A DNA stretch of 64,000 bases from Patescibacteria group bacterium (GCA_038063535.1 JBBTUV010000001.1:21570-85569), one strand, 5' to 3'. Counted from the stretch's first letter, positions 19,176 to 29,231 are shown. Program-made: numbers and translations. The notes: generated by a model not told the origin, from the sequence alone.

Positions 19176-19597
19176 CGCAGTCCCGTGCTCCCTTCTCTAC
19201 CTTGGCCACGTACCGTATCTGATAATTCTTCCGACTCTTCAATCTCGACACGCTCGAACCGCTGTATTATCATCTGCGCGAACTTCTGCCCCTTCTCAAG
19301 CAGCACTTCTTTGGCCGAGGTGTTTAAAAAGCTCGCGACTATCTCGCCGCGGAAGCCCGAATCGATCACTCCGCCCATAATCTTAAGCCCCAAGTTGAAG
19401 GAGATGCTTGATTTGTCCCAAATTAGCCCAACGTGATTTTCGGGAATTTCAACTGCGATCCCTGTGCGCACGCGCTCCTGTGCCCCGGGTTTGAAAAGTA
19501 CGTTCTCGAGGCAATATAAATCCACCGCTGCATCGCCCGGGTGCCCATGAGTCGGTAACTTCGCTTCCGTATCAACTTTTTTAACCTTGAGAATCAT
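19172..19597 (-). CDS. dut: dUTP diphosphatase
   Basis: 141 aa. dUTPase motifs AAVDLY, GLIWDKSSI, GVIDSGFRGEI. Confidence 0.85.
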   Translation of the reverse strand: MILKVKKVDTEAKLPTHGHPGDAAVDLYCLENVLFKPGAQERVRTGIAVEIPENHVGLIWDKSSISFNLGLKIMGGVIDSGFRGEIVASFLNTSAKEVLLEKGQKFAQMIIQRFERVEIEESEELSDTVRGQGREGSTGLR

Positions 19598-19601
19598 ACT
19601 T

Positions 19602-20291
19602 TTATTTTATAATCTTTTTGACTTTTTGGTAAATTTTCTGGTGAATATTTTCACGGGTGTCGATCCGACCGTCCCTTTCGCAATCGATTTTAATCCAACC
19701 TTTCTGTGTTTTGGCAAGCCAGAGGGCACTTTTACGAGAGTTGGCGAGAAAGTTTTTATCTTTCTCGTGAACATCTTTCCTCTTTCCTAAATAACGCCTG
19801 TCATTCCCATTTTTCCTCTCTTTGATCAGCCGAAGGACGATCGCGAGCGGAACATTGAGGTAAAAAACTGCGTCGGGCTTGGGGATCTTGAAGACGTTGT
19901 ATTCCATTTGGTCGAGCCACTTCAAGAAATTCTTCCTTTTTTGGGTATTGGCGATCTTGCCGCCCTGATGGATCTGATTGGCGCTTACGTAACGATTGGC
20001 AAGGACGATGTTCCCTTCCCGAAGCCACTTTTTTACCTTGTCCTTTGATTCATAGCGGTCGGCCGCGTAGAGAACCGATGCGATCTTGGGATGAGTTTTT
20101 ACGAAATTGTAATATTGCTCAGAAAGGCAGTGGCCGATGAAGGCCCCGAAGAAGTTTGAATAATACTCCGGGAAGTTAACGACTTTGACCTTATGTCCGT
20201 CACGCCTTAATTGCTTGATTAAAAGGTTTGTTTGCGTGGCTTTCCCGCTGCTGTCGGTACCATCTATGACGATTAATTTGCCTTTTTTCAT
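19602..20291 (-). CDS. tmk: thymidylate (dTMP) kinase
   Basis: P-loop LIVIDGTDSSGKATQ, DRY-like ADRYESK, lid region. Confidence 0.8.
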   Translation of the reverse strand: MKKGKLIVIDGTDSSGKATQTNLLIKQLRRDGHKVKVVNFPEYYSNFFGAFIGHCLSEQYYNFVKTHPKIASVLYAADRYESKDKVKKWLREGNIVLANRYVSANQIHQGGKIANTQKRKNFLKWLDQMEYNVFKIPKPDAVFYLNVPLAIVLRLIKERKNGNDRRYLGKRKDVHEKDKNFLANSRKSALWLAKTQKGWIKIDCERDGRIDTRENIHQKIYQKVKKIIK

Positions 20292-20689
20292 AATTTTAGC
20301 CCCAAAACTTGTTTTAAATATTTATCCAACATTGGTATTTCTTTAATTTCTTCAAGGGGCAACCACTCGAAAGCATCATGTTCGTCGCTTAATTTCACTT
20401 CTCCTTCTGCCTCGCCCGAGTAAGTGAGTCGCACAACGTGTTTGCATTTATCAGCTTTGATTATATCCTGCGCCGCAAGTAATTTCGGCTCCCCGACTAT
20501 TTGCAACCCGGTTTCTTCCACCACTTCCCTCCTTAGATTCTCCATCAAGCTAGAACCCGGTTCAATTCTTCCGCCCGGGATATCCCATTTGCCACCCACC
20601 TCCGGATATTTTTCTTCCGAACGCTTCAAAACCAGGTATTTCCCCTCCTTATTCTTCAGCAATATTTTTACCCCGACTCGTAATTCCAT
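20288..20689 (-). CDS. NUDIX hydrolase
   Basis: Nudix box GGKWDIPGGRIEPGSSLMENLRREVVEETGL (GX5EX7REUXEEXGU). Confidence 0.85.
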   Translation of the reverse strand: MELRVGVKILLKNKEGKYLVLKRSEEKYPEVGGKWDIPGGRIEPGSSLMENLRREVVEETGLQIVGEPKLLAAQDIIKADKCKHVVRLTYSGEAEGEVKLSDEHDAFEWLPLEEIKEIPMLDKYLKQVLGLKL

Positions 20690-20691
20690 GT

Positions 20692-21936
20692 TTAAACAAA
20701 ATCCTTCGGTATTGGGTGTTTGCGGGCCAGAGCTTTTATTTTTTTACGGATCTCGGCTTTCTTGTTGGTGTCGTCTTTATTGCGAAGCGTCTCGAGCATG
20801 AGCTCGGCCACAAGCGCGCAATCTTTTTCCTTGAATCCCCGGGTAGTGATCGCCGGCGTGCCGAAACGGATACCGGACGGGTCGAGCGGTTTTCTAACGT
20901 CATTTGCGATCGAGTTCATATTGAGCGTAATGCCTACTTCGTCGAGAACCGTCTGTGCCTCTTTGCCGGTCACCCCGAGCGAGCCAAAAACATCGGCAAG
21001 TATCAGGTGGTTGTCCGTTCCTCCCCCGATCATCCGGATTTTGTGCTTCCGGAGCACCTGTTCCATCGCTTTCGCGTTCTTGAGTATTTGCGCCGCGTAC
21101 TTTTTGAAGGCCGGCTTCATCGCCTCTCCGAACGCCACTGCTTTGGCCGCGATCGTGTGCATGTGCGGCCCGCCTTGAGTGCCAGGGAAAATCGACTTAT
21201 CGATTTTCTTGGCGAGCTCCTCGCTCTCGCGGGTGAGAATTATCCCTCCGCGCGGACCCCGCAAGGTTTTGTGCGTGGTCGAAGTGATGATATCGAAGCC
21301 GTCGTCGAATGGATTGCGCAGGACTCCGGCGGCGATAAGCCCGGCGATATGCGCCATGTCGGCCATCGTCACCGCCCCGACTTCTTTTGCGATATCGACG
21401 AATTTTTTGTAATCAAGCGTGCGCGAGTATGCCGAAAATCCAGCAAGAATTATTTTGGGCCGGTACTCGAGCGCCTGGCGGCGCAGATCTTCGTAATCGA
21501 TCTCACCGGTGTCAGGATCCTTCATTTTATAATTTACGAATTTATATATTTTAGCGGGAAGGGTGAGCGGGTGCCCGTGGGTGAGGTGCCCGCCGTGCGA
21601 GAGATCCATGCCAAGCACAACGTCGCCGGGCTCGAGCAGGGCCGCATAGACCGCCAGATTCGCCGGCGCGCCGGAATGCGGCTGGACGTTTGCGAATTTG
21701 CACTTGAAAAGTTTGCAAACACGCTCTATGGCAAGACGCTCAATCCGATCGGTCCAATCTTGCCCGCCGTAGTAGCGGCGGCCGGGATAACCCTCGGAGT
21801 ATTTGTTGGTGAAAACAGAGCCGTTAGCTTCCAAAACATCCCGAGAAGTATAGTTCTCAGAAGGGATTAGTTCGAGGCCGTCGCGCTGTCTCTTTTCCTC
21901 TCCCTTGATTAGTTTCTCGACGGCTTTGTCTCGCAT
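20692..21936 (-). CDS. glyA: serine hydroxymethyltransferase
   Basis: LELIPSENYTSRDVLEANGSVFTNKYSEGYPGRRYYGG. PLP-lysine region TSTTHKTLRGPRGG. Confidence 0.95.
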   Translation of the reverse strand: MRDKAVEKLIKGEEKRQRDGLELIPSENYTSRDVLEANGSVFTNKYSEGYPGRRYYGGQDWTDRIERLAIERVCKLFKCKFANVQPHSGAPANLAVYAALLEPGDVVLGMDLSHGGHLTHGHPLTLPAKIYKFVNYKMKDPDTGEIDYEDLRRQALEYRPKIILAGFSAYSRTLDYKKFVDIAKEVGAVTMADMAHIAGLIAAGVLRNPFDDGFDIITSTTHKTLRGPRGGIILTRESEELAKKIDKSIFPGTQGGPHMHTIAAKAVAFGEAMKPAFKKYAAQILKNAKAMEQVLRKHKIRMIGGGTDNHLILADVFGSLGVTGKEAQTVLDEVGITLNMNSIANDVRKPLDPSGIRFGTPAITTRGFKEKDCALVAELMLETLRNKDDTNKKAEIRKKIKALARKHPIPKDFV

Positions 21937-22883
21937 TGCCCCATTCTAACACATTTAAAAACTATCGTCCCATTCAAATCCGTCCGGAAGATCTTGGCAC
22001 CGGAAGCGGTGAGTGACTCAAGTACGCCCAGATGCGGATGGCCGTAGCGGTTATCCCGGCCGGCGGAAATGAGCGCGTACTCCGGGGAAACTGCTTCGAC
22101 AAATTCCGTCGAGGTCGAGGTTTTCGAGCCGTGATGGCCGACTTTCAAGATATCGCTATCGAGTGCTTCCCTAGAATTTTCAGCCAGGATTATTTTCTCG
22201 GTTTCCTTTGTCGCGTCACCCATGAGCATTATCTCCGTTTCTCCATAAGTGAGTTTACCAACGACCGAGCCGTCGTTAGTGGTCCAATTAGAAACATCGC
22301 GGTCGGGTAATAAAATATCGATCACTGCTCCACCCCCTAAGTTAAGCCGCATGCCGCGGCGAGCGAGCACTTCGGGAATTCTTTTATTTTTTATTTCCTC
22401 TTTTAAATTCCGGTACGTCTTCGACTCATTGAAAGTACCGGGCTCAAGGAGCACGCCAACTTTGTATGTTTTGAGAACATCGGCGAACCCGCCGATGTGG
22501 TCTTGATCGGGATTGGTAATGATAATCGCGTCGATAGATCGATCAAAGGGCGACATGACGCGCGAAAGCGCACCCAGAATCTTCCGCGGTGGCCCAGCAT
22601 CGATGAGGATTTGCGTCCCAGTCGGCGACTCGATAAAGATAGCATCGCCCTGCCCGATGTCGAACATGGCGAAGGTAAAATTCCTGTCGGAGCTCCTGAA
22701 ATCAAGATAGAAAAGAAAAATTACCGAGATGAGGAGAATTAGAACAATAATTGCAAGTAGGTTAATCTTGACTTTCGAGCTAATCGGCATAAGATTAATC
22801 TTATCATTATGAAACCTTACACTCAAAAAACTTTTAATATCCCCGAACTCAAGGGCATCTCGAAAAAAAATATCGAGGAACAC
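21909..22883 (-). CDS. membrane-anchored ComEC-type MBL (metallo-beta-lactamase) domain protein, encoded separately from the ComEC channel
   Basis: TM anchor, then FAMFDIGQGDAIFIE...IITNPDQDHIGG...LKVGHHGSKTS. This is the ComEC C-terminal nuclease-domain signature. True start may be the Met at 22793 (MPISSKV...), which removes the overlap with sodA. Confidence 0.7.
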   Translation of the reverse strand: MFLDIFFRDALEFGDIKSFLSVRFHNDKINLMPISSKVKINLLAIIVLILLISVIFLFYLDFRSSDRNFTFAMFDIGQGDAIFIESPTGTQILIDAGPPRKILGALSRVMSPFDRSIDAIIITNPDQDHIGGFADVLKTYKVGVLLEPGTFNESKTYRNLKEEIKNKRIPEVLARRGMRLNLGGGAVIDILLPDRDVSNWTTNDGSVVGKLTYGETEIMLMGDATKETEKIILAENSREALDSDILKVGHHGSKTSTSTEFVEAVSPEYALISAGRDNRYGHPHLGVLESLTASGAKIFRTDLNGTIVFKCVRMGQCETKPSRN

Positions 22884-23405
22884 CTCAAGCTCTACGCCGG
22901 CTACGTCAAGAACGCAAACCTAATCAATGAAAAAATCGCGGAGTACAAAAAAGATGCGGAGGGAAATGCATATGCCCTGGGCGAACTCCAGCGGAGGTTC
23001 AGTTTTGAATATAACGGCATCAGGAATCACGAGTATTATTTCGATTCGCTCGCCGGCGGCGCTAAAAATCTGGATTCCGGATCTCCACTGCGAAAGGAAA
23101 TAGAAAAAGAGTTCGGTTCCTTCGAGGACTGGCTCAACATGTTCAAAGCCATTGCTCTCACTCGCGGCATCGGCTGGGCAGTACTGGCTTGGGACCACGA
23201 CGAGGAACAATTTGTGCACATATGGGTAGACGAGCAGCATATCGGTCAGTTAAATGGGGTTTGCTGGATACTGGGGCTTGATATGTGGGAGCACGCTTAT
23301 GTCTATGACTACCCGACAAGTGAGAAGAAAAAATACATAGAGGCGTTTTTCGATAACCTCAATTGGGAAGAGATAGAGAAGAACTTTCTGGAGCTGCAGG
23401 ACTAG
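22809..23405 (+). CDS. sodA: Fe/Mn superoxide dismutase
   Basis: N-terminal helical domain (HLKLYAGYV, NHEYYF). C-terminal WEHAYVYDY with conserved metal-ligand spacing. Confidence 0.9.
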   Translation: MKPYTQKTFNIPELKGISKKNIEEHLKLYAGYVKNANLINEKIAEYKKDAEGNAYALGELQRRFSFEYNGIRNHEYYFDSLAGGAKNLDSGSPLRKEIEKEFGSFEDWLNMFKAIALTRGIGWAVLAWDHDEEQFVHIWVDEQHIGQLNGVCWILGLDMWEHAYVYDYPTSEKKKYIEAFFDNLNWEEIEKNFLELQD

Positions 23406-24834
23406 CAAAGAATTTTTTAATATCTCGGCCGAAAAGCTTGTAAGCGAACCAGGCGTAAATCGCAAGCGTGACAACGAGAGGAAAATTCGGGATAGCAAAT
23501 GAAGCAAAGGGGAGCTTTGCGAAAAAATCGATAACCCAAAGTTCGTACTTAAGAAAGATGGTTGAGATAAACCCGAAGAGCACCGAAAGGGGAAACCAAA
23601 TCGCCCCCAGAAAGGCCGTAAAAAACCCGAGCCCCATGGTGGCCGGAATAAAAGCCAGGATGAGAATATTGGCGGGCAGCGCTACTAGTGAGAGATTGCC
23701 CATTTTGTGGAGGATAAAAGGAAGGACGAAAATATAGGCCGCGACGGTAACGCAAACGATGTCACGCAGCTTAAATTTGTCCGTCACCCACATAAAATAC
23801 CGCTCGATTCTGGGCGCAAAGAATATAACCGCCACCGTGGCGATGAATGAAAGCTGGAAGGACACGTCGAAAACCAGTACGTATGGGTTCCAAAGGATCA
23901 TGACAACACCAGCAAGGAGTAAGGCCCGGCCGGCGTTGGTGATTCTCCCGGTCGCTCGCGCGAAAAGCGCGAGCGACGCCATGATGCCAGCCCGGACCGC
24001 CGTCGAAGCACCACCGGTCATGAGAACGAAAAGGAGGATCGCGAAAATCCCGGTACCGATGCCGAAATTCTTGGGGAGAAAGGAAAAAAGTTTCATGAAC
24101 CACTCGGCGACGATGGTGACGTTGTAACCCGAGAGCGCAACAATGTGGATGGTGCCGGTACTTACCAAGTTCTGCCGCATTTCCTCGGGGAAAGCCGAGC
24201 GCTCGCCGAGTATGAGCCCGCCCATAAGGAGCGATTCTGGCGGAGCGATCGCGAGATTCATCGCACTGAGAAGTTTACCTTTGACCGCGAAAAGAACTTC
24301 TCGGATAGGATTGCCTTTTCCGCGAGAGAGAATTTTGATTTCCTGGTAGTTGGCTAAAAGGAGAACTCCGTCTTTCCGCAGATAATTGACGTAATCGAAT
24401 TCCTTGCCGGTGTCGGTAATAAAATTCTCGGGTCTTTTGAGCGGGCCAGTAAATTTTATTTCATCGCCATAACGATATTCCGTATCGAAGCCGGTGGTAA
24501 CTAGAATTTTTGTGCTTTCAGTCTTCACCGTGAGCTTCTGATTTGTTTCCCGAATATCCGGCTCGGCGACAATGATTCCGACAAAACTTTCACCCGCAAC
24601 TTCCGGAACTTTTTTGTCCGCGGCGTGGAACCTCAAAATCCCGATCGAAACTGCGATCACGAAAACCGCGGCAACCGCTGCCCACTTTAGTTTAGTAAAG
24701 TAACAAAATAAGGAAATTATTACAGACAGAACTAAGATAAAAAGGGTAAAATAAAAATTTATCTCAAAAAAAGAGCGCAAGAGCACTCCAAGCCCAAACC
24801 CAAAACAAACCGCAAAGAAAATTCTATCTTTCAT
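23359..24834 (-). CDS. comEC: ComEC/Rec2 DNA-uptake channel core (DUF4131 + competence domain), lacking fused MBL domain
   Basis: About 10 TM helices. Competence-domain signature ERSAFPEEMRQNLVSTGTIHIVALSGYNVTIV. Confidence 0.75.
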   Translation of the reverse strand: MKDRIFFAVCFGFGLGVLLRSFFEINFYFTLFILVLSVIISLFCYFTKLKWAAVAAVFVIAVSIGILRFHAADKKVPEVAGESFVGIIVAEPDIRETNQKLTVKTESTKILVTTGFDTEYRYGDEIKFTGPLKRPENFITDTGKEFDYVNYLRKDGVLLLANYQEIKILSRGKGNPIREVLFAVKGKLLSAMNLAIAPPESLLMGGLILGERSAFPEEMRQNLVSTGTIHIVALSGYNVTIVAEWFMKLFSFLPKNFGIGTGIFAILLFVLMTGGASTAVRAGIMASLALFARATGRITNAGRALLLAGVVMILWNPYVLVFDVSFQLSFIATVAVIFFAPRIERYFMWVTDKFKLRDIVCVTVAAYIFVLPFILHKMGNLSLVALPANILILAFIPATMGLGFFTAFLGAIWFPLSVLFGFISTIFLKYELWVIDFFAKLPFASFAIPNFPLVVTLAIYAWFAYKLFGRDIKKFFASPAAPESSSLSLPN

Positions 24835-25292
24835 GCTCTAAGCTTTACCGGCTCGTTGTCGGCAAAGCTCGTCGCGATTTCGTCTGCACGGTTGTTCCAT
24901 TTGTCTTCGTGATGGCCTTTCACGTAATCCCATTTGGGTTTGAATTTCCTGTCGAGTTCATAGAGCTCCTCCCAGAACTCACGATTCATTACCGGCTTCT
25001 TGTTGGCCCCTCGCCAATTATTCCTAAGCCAATTAGGAATCCATTCTGTTATCCCCAAGACGACATATTTAGCATCGGCTATTATTTTAATTTCGCCGGC
25101 GATTTTATTTTCTTTCATGTATTTAAGCGCCTCAATGGCCGCCCGGAGTTCCATCTGATTGTTGGTGGCATGCTCCACTCTGCCGCCGATCTCAAAAACT
25201 TTTCTGCCCGCGATAAAAACCGCCGCCCAGCCGGCCGGCCCAGGATTGCCTCTCGCCGATCCATCTGTATAGATTGTTATTTTATTCTTCAT
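24831..25292 (-). CDS. rnhA: ribonuclease HI
   Basis: IYTDGSARGNPGPAGWAAV, NNQMELRAAIEAL, C-terminal DKWNNRADEIA (DEDD catalytic residues). Confidence 0.85.
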   Translation of the reverse strand: MKNKITIYTDGSARGNPGPAGWAAVFIAGRKVFEIGGRVEHATNNQMELRAAIEALKYMKENKIAGEIKIIADAKYVVLGITEWIPNWLRNNWRGANKKPVMNREFWEELYELDRKFKPKWDYVKGHHEDKWNNRADEIATSFADNEPVKLRA

Positions 25293-26941
25293 ATGATATC
25301 CACCACCCTAAGGCGCAGTTCTTCCCGGCCGCGGTAGCGGGAGAGATCGAGGTTGGCAAGCAAGTTCACGTAAAATCCAACACCCACGGGACCTGTGAAA
25401 GAATCTCCGTGAGAGAAAAAGGAAACCGCTTTTGCTTTGTTTCCCAAAGAGTCAATAAAAGAAATTTCCAAGTGCTCGCCGCCGTTTTTGCCGAATTTTT
25501 TTATGTTTTCGACTTTCACTTTCTCGAAAAGAAAAACCGGTTTCGGGTTTCCGAGCCCGTATGGCGCAAGTTTCTGGATTTCATCCCAAGTTTTCATGGT
25601 CACGACCCCTAAATCCGATTTTATATCATAATTTATATTAGTATTTAAATTAGTATTTCTTCTGACTTTTGAAAAATTACTCGCGAGGGCCTCTTCGAGA
25701 AAATGAATTTTATCGGTATGCACGGAAAACCCCCCTGCAAGCTCGTGCCCACCGTACTCGATGAAATATTCCCGGGTTTCGGTCATAAGTTCCACTACCG
25801 ACACCGACCCGTCCGAGCGGCAGGAACCTCTGATAGAATCGCTCTCATCCTTGCCCCAGACAAAAACCGGCCGCGCGTATTCATCCGAGATTTTCCCGGC
25901 CACGAGGCCTAGCACTCCCACTCGCCACTTTGGATTACCAACGACTATTATCTCGCGCATCTCCCTCTTCTCGAAATTTTTCTTCACTTCCCGCATGATA
26001 CCCGCAACCATGGCCTTCCTTTCGTCGTTGATGCGCGAGAGATGCTCGGCGAGCACCCCAGCCCGTCCTTCATCAAGAGTAGTGAGAAGCTCATAGGCCC
26101 TGCGCGGATCATCCATGCGCGAAGCGGCGTTCAGGCGCGGGGTTATCGAGAAGGTCACGTCATCTTCGGAGAGATATTTCTGGTCGATGCCGAGATTGGC
26201 AAGAAGTTTCTGCAATCCCGGCCGTGGCGAGCGGCGCAGGACCTTGAGACCGAAGTACGCAAGAGCGCGATTTTCTCCGAGGAGCGGCACCATGTCAGCA
26301 AGAGTGGCAAGCCCAGCCATGTCGAGCATCCATTTTTCAGCGTCGTCTTTAATTTTGAAATATTCTCCGTACTTTTTGACGAAGGCCTGCGCAAACTTGA
26401 ACATGACCCCAGCCCCGGCGAGCATTTTCTCGGGGTACTCATCTGTCTTCGGATTCAAGATCGCGTAAGCCTTCGGTAGAACTTCTGGCGGGAGGTGATG
26501 GTCTGTGATAATAACATCCATCCCGTCAACTTCAGCCTGCGCGACTTCTGCAATGGCGGTAATCCCGAGATCGATTGTAATCAAAAGTTTTGCACCGGAT
26601 TCAGCGAATTGCTTGACTGCCTCGACATTGAGCCCATAGCCCTCGATATTCCGTTTCGGAATATAGACCTCGAAATTTTTGAAACTGACGAGACGAAAGA
26701 GATCCTCGAGGATCACCGCCCCGGGAATGCCGTCGCAATCATAGTCGGCGTAAATAATTATTTTTTCCTTGTTCTCAACCGCCTCGTACAGCCTGACGCA
26801 GGCCCGCTCCATGTCGCGCATAAGGTATGGGTCGTAGAGGTCCCTCCTGTAATCCGGCTTCAAAAATATTTCGGCTTCCGCCTCTGTCCTTATACCCCTT
26901 TTCTTAAGGAGAGTTCCTAGGAGTTCCCCGTACTTTTGCAT
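25289..26941 (-). CDS. recJ: single-stranded-DNA-specific exonuclease RecJ
   Basis: DHH family: IIYADYDCDGIPGAVIL, VIITDHHLPPE, DHHA1 region GGHELAGGFSV. Confidence 0.85.
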   Translation of the reverse strand: MQKYGELLGTLLKKRGIRTEAEAEIFLKPDYRRDLYDPYLMRDMERACVRLYEAVENKEKIIIYADYDCDGIPGAVILEDLFRLVSFKNFEVYIPKRNIEGYGLNVEAVKQFAESGAKLLITIDLGITAIAEVAQAEVDGMDVIITDHHLPPEVLPKAYAILNPKTDEYPEKMLAGAGVMFKFAQAFVKKYGEYFKIKDDAEKWMLDMAGLATLADMVPLLGENRALAYFGLKVLRRSPRPGLQKLLANLGIDQKYLSEDDVTFSITPRLNAASRMDDPRRAYELLTTLDEGRAGVLAEHLSRINDERKAMVAGIMREVKKNFEKREMREIIVVGNPKWRVGVLGLVAGKISDEYARPVFVWGKDESDSIRGSCRSDGSVSVVELMTETREYFIEYGGHELAGGFSVHTDKIHFLEEALASNFSKVRRNTNLNTNINYDIKSDLGVVTMKTWDEIQKLAPYGLGNPKPVFLFEKVKVENIKKFGKNGGEHLEISFIDSLGNKAKAVSFFSHGDSFTGPVGVGFYVNLLANLDLSRYRGREELRLRVVDII

Positions 26942-26969
26942 AGAAGAATTTTAGCATATAATTCTAACT

Positions 26970-27377
26970 ATGGATGATTGCATTTTTTGCAAAATAATCA
27001 GAGGAGAAATCCCATCGACCAAAATCTACGAGGATGGCGATGCTTTTGCATTTCTGGATATCGCTCCAGTCAACGTGGGCCACACCCTTGTTGTACCGAA
27101 ACAACATTTCAAGAATGTCTACGAAACTCCGGACGAAGTTCTCCAGAAAGTAATGACTGCGGCAAAGAAGATCGCGGAAGCGCTCAAAGCACTACCCTCC
27201 GACGGCGTGAACGTGACGATAAACAACGACTCCGCCGCTGGGCAGGTCGTTTTCCATTTCCACGTGCACGTAATCCCGCGCATCGCGGGCGACGGATTTC
27301 CTCTCTGGCATAGCCGCCGGCCTTATAACGAAGGAGAAGCCAAAGGAACAGCAGAAAAAATCATGAGAGGGCTTTGA
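26970..27377 (+). CDS. HIT-family nucleotide hydrolase/transferase
   Basis: CIFCKIIRGEIP. Histidine triad HFHVHVIPR. Confidence 0.85.
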   Translation: MDDCIFCKIIRGEIPSTKIYEDGDAFAFLDIAPVNVGHTLVVPKQHFKNVYETPDEVLQKVMTAAKKIAEALKALPSDGVNVTINNDSAAGQVVFHFHVHVIPRIAGDGFPLWHSRRPYNEGEAKGTAEKIMRGL

Positions 27378-28443
27378 TGCCTGGCAGAATGCCTTTCGCC
27401 AAAAACTCGAGTGCTGCTCCCCCGCCGGTTGAGATGAAGGAAAAATCATTTTCCAATTTCATTACGGATATTATTGCCACAGTGTCTCCCCCGCCGATGA
27501 TGCTTTTTGCCTTCGAGCCAGCCACGGCCTTTAATACTTTTTTCGTCCCCTTCTCTCCACCCACCTCATATTTGCCGAGCGGGCCATTCCAAAGGATGAG
27601 TTTAGCATTTTGGATGTAGGGCAGAAGTTTTTTTATCGTTTCCTCACCCACGTCAAGAATGGTTTCATTACTCCGCACTTCTCTTACTCCTCGGTTGATT
27701 AGTTTATTCCCCGCCTGGACCAAAACATCCTCGGGGATTATCAACTTTTTATTCTCGAGAATGTTCTTAAAATCGTAGATCGTTTTATCCACCAGTGACT
27801 GCCCAACCTCGTATCCCCTCGCCGCAAGAAGTGTGTTTGATAATGCCCCACCGATAAATACCTGATCGGCTAGCCCCAAATACTTCTCGATCAATGGTAT
27901 TTTGGTCGAGAATTTCGCTCCGCCTAAAATAAATAGAAATGGGCGCTCGGGATTTTTAAACGTGGTTGATAAATTTTCAATTTCCGCTTCCAATTGAAAT
28001 CCGGCATAAGCCGGCAATAATTTCGGCAGAAGCACGATGGAAGCATCTTCTCTGTGGTCCACGGGGAAGGCTTCGTTCACGTATATTTCACCGAGCTTTG
28101 CGAGGTCAGCCGCAAATGCCGGGTCGCAATTTTTCTCTCCGGGATCATTACGAAGATTTTCAAGCAAAGACACTTCTCCGTTCTCCAAACTCACGTCGTC
28201 GAACTTTGAAGGGAGATACTTATTGAGCACAAGGGAAACCGGTCGAAGGCTCTCCCCTCCTTGCCCAAGATGTGAAAGCAAAATGATTTTCGCTCCCATC
28301 TCTTTCAAAAAATTTATCGTCGGAAGCGTTTTTTTTATGCGAAAATCATCCTGGACGACGCCGTTTTCGATCGGCAAATTGAAATCGACTCGGACAAGGA
28401 TTGTCTTTCCCGCAATATTTTTTAACTCCCTAATGCTTCGCAT
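27361..28443 (-). CDS. pgk: phosphoglycerate kinase (start set at the internal Met; the ORF-track N-terminal 83 aa are judged non-coding)
   Basis: MRSIRELKNIAGKTILVRVDFNLP...LLSHLGQ. Matches the PGK N-terminus. C-terminal ATP-binding GGGDTVA. Confidence 0.85.
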   Translation of the reverse strand: MRSIRELKNIAGKTILVRVDFNLPIENGVVQDDFRIKKTLPTINFLKEMGAKIILLSHLGQGGESLRPVSLVLNKYLPSKFDDVSLENGEVSLLENLRNDPGEKNCDPAFAADLAKLGEIYVNEAFPVDHREDASIVLLPKLLPAYAGFQLEAEIENLSTTFKNPERPFLFILGGAKFSTKIPLIEKYLGLADQVFIGGALSNTLLAARGYEVGQSLVDKTIYDFKNILENKKLIIPEDVLVQAGNKLINRGVREVRSNETILDVGEETIKKLLPYIQNAKLILWNGPLGKYEVGGEKGTKKVLKAVAGSKAKSIIGGGDTVAIISVMKLENDFSFISTGGGAALEFLAKGILPGIKALS

Positions 28444-29192
28444 ATTTTTACCATCCCGGCGAATTCCGCCGGATCGAGACTGGCCTTGCCAGCGAGAAGT
28501 CCGTCCACTCCGCCATGCTCCAGGAATTCTCGCGCGTCCTTTGTGTTCGCCGACCCGCCATAGATAATCCGAACGCTTCCCGCAGTATCGGGAGTCGTTA
28601 TATCGGAAAGGACCTTGCGGATGAAGATCGTCATCTCTCGCGAGTCGGTCGGATTCGCATCCCGACGAATCGCGGTGGTAGAGAGCGCCCAAACCGGTTC
28701 ATATGCAATTATGACCTTCGGAATTAAATTTTTCGCGAGGCCGTCCAATCCCCCTTCGATTTGCGCTTTTACTATATTGAAATAACCGTGATCGACGCCC
28801 CGCTCATTTTCCCCGATACAGAGAATCGGGGTGAGCCCCGCGGCAAGCGCTCCTTTTACTTTTTTGTTGATAAGCGCATCTTCCTCGCCGAGCGCTCGCC
28901 TTTCCGAGTGTCCCAAAATCACATACCTGGCACCTAGTTCATAGAGCATCCCCCCGGAAACCTCGCCGGTGTAGGGCCCGACATCTCCCGGGAATGCATC
29001 CTGCGCCCCAAGCGTTACTTTTCGCGAGTACTTTTTAAGCGCCGGCAGATAGAGGAAAGGGGGGCAGATGACTATGTCCGTCTTTCGGATCGGGGGAAGA
29101 GATCTGGAGATTTTCGAGAAGAGCGAGAGCGCATCTTTTCCCGTCCGGGGATTCATCTTCCAGTTTCCCGCGAGAATTCTCCTTTTTGGCAT
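28422..29192 (-). CDS. tpiA: triosephosphate isomerase
   Basis: ILAGNWKMNP. Catalytic YEPVWAIGTG-like AYEPVWALST. GGSANTKDA. Confidence 0.9.
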   Translation of the reverse strand: MPKRRILAGNWKMNPRTGKDALSLFSKISRSLPPIRKTDIVICPPFLYLPALKKYSRKVTLGAQDAFPGDVGPYTGEVSGGMLYELGARYVILGHSERRALGEEDALINKKVKGALAAGLTPILCIGENERGVDHGYFNIVKAQIEGGLDGLAKNLIPKVIIAYEPVWALSTTAIRRDANPTDSREMTIFIRKVLSDITTPDTAGSVRIIYGGSANTKDAREFLEHGGVDGLLAGKASLDPAEFAGMVKICEALGS

Positions 29193-29231
29193 TGGTAAAT
29201 TATATCATAATGCGATAAAATTAAACGTAAG

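Noticed and set aside
19587-19790. 67-aa + strand ORF between dut and tmk
   Set aside because: It overlaps the 5' end of tmk and 3' end of dut in antisense. Phe/Leu-rich. No RBS.
20716-21870. 384-aa + strand ORF opposite glyA. Similar long antisense ORFs occur at 50194..51375 (opposite rny), 46670..47746 (inside hppA), 44000..44653 (opposite nusA), 7831..8490 (opposite the M16 peptidase), 57024..57686 (opposite pnp), 17856..18380 (opposite argS), and 3363..3935 (opposite rpsF/ssb).
   Set aside because: Each lies antisense to a strongly conserved, motif-bearing gene. Their translations are low-complexity (R/S/P/F-rich) with no recognisable motifs. They are typical shadow ORFs.
28444-28692. 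83-aa N-terminal extension of the pgk ORF in the ORF track (MGALYHRDSSGCESDRLARDDD...)
   Set aside because: Arg/Gly-rich nonsense-like composition. It overlaps the tpiA coding region almost entirely. The canonical PGK N-terminus begins at the internal Met (28443).
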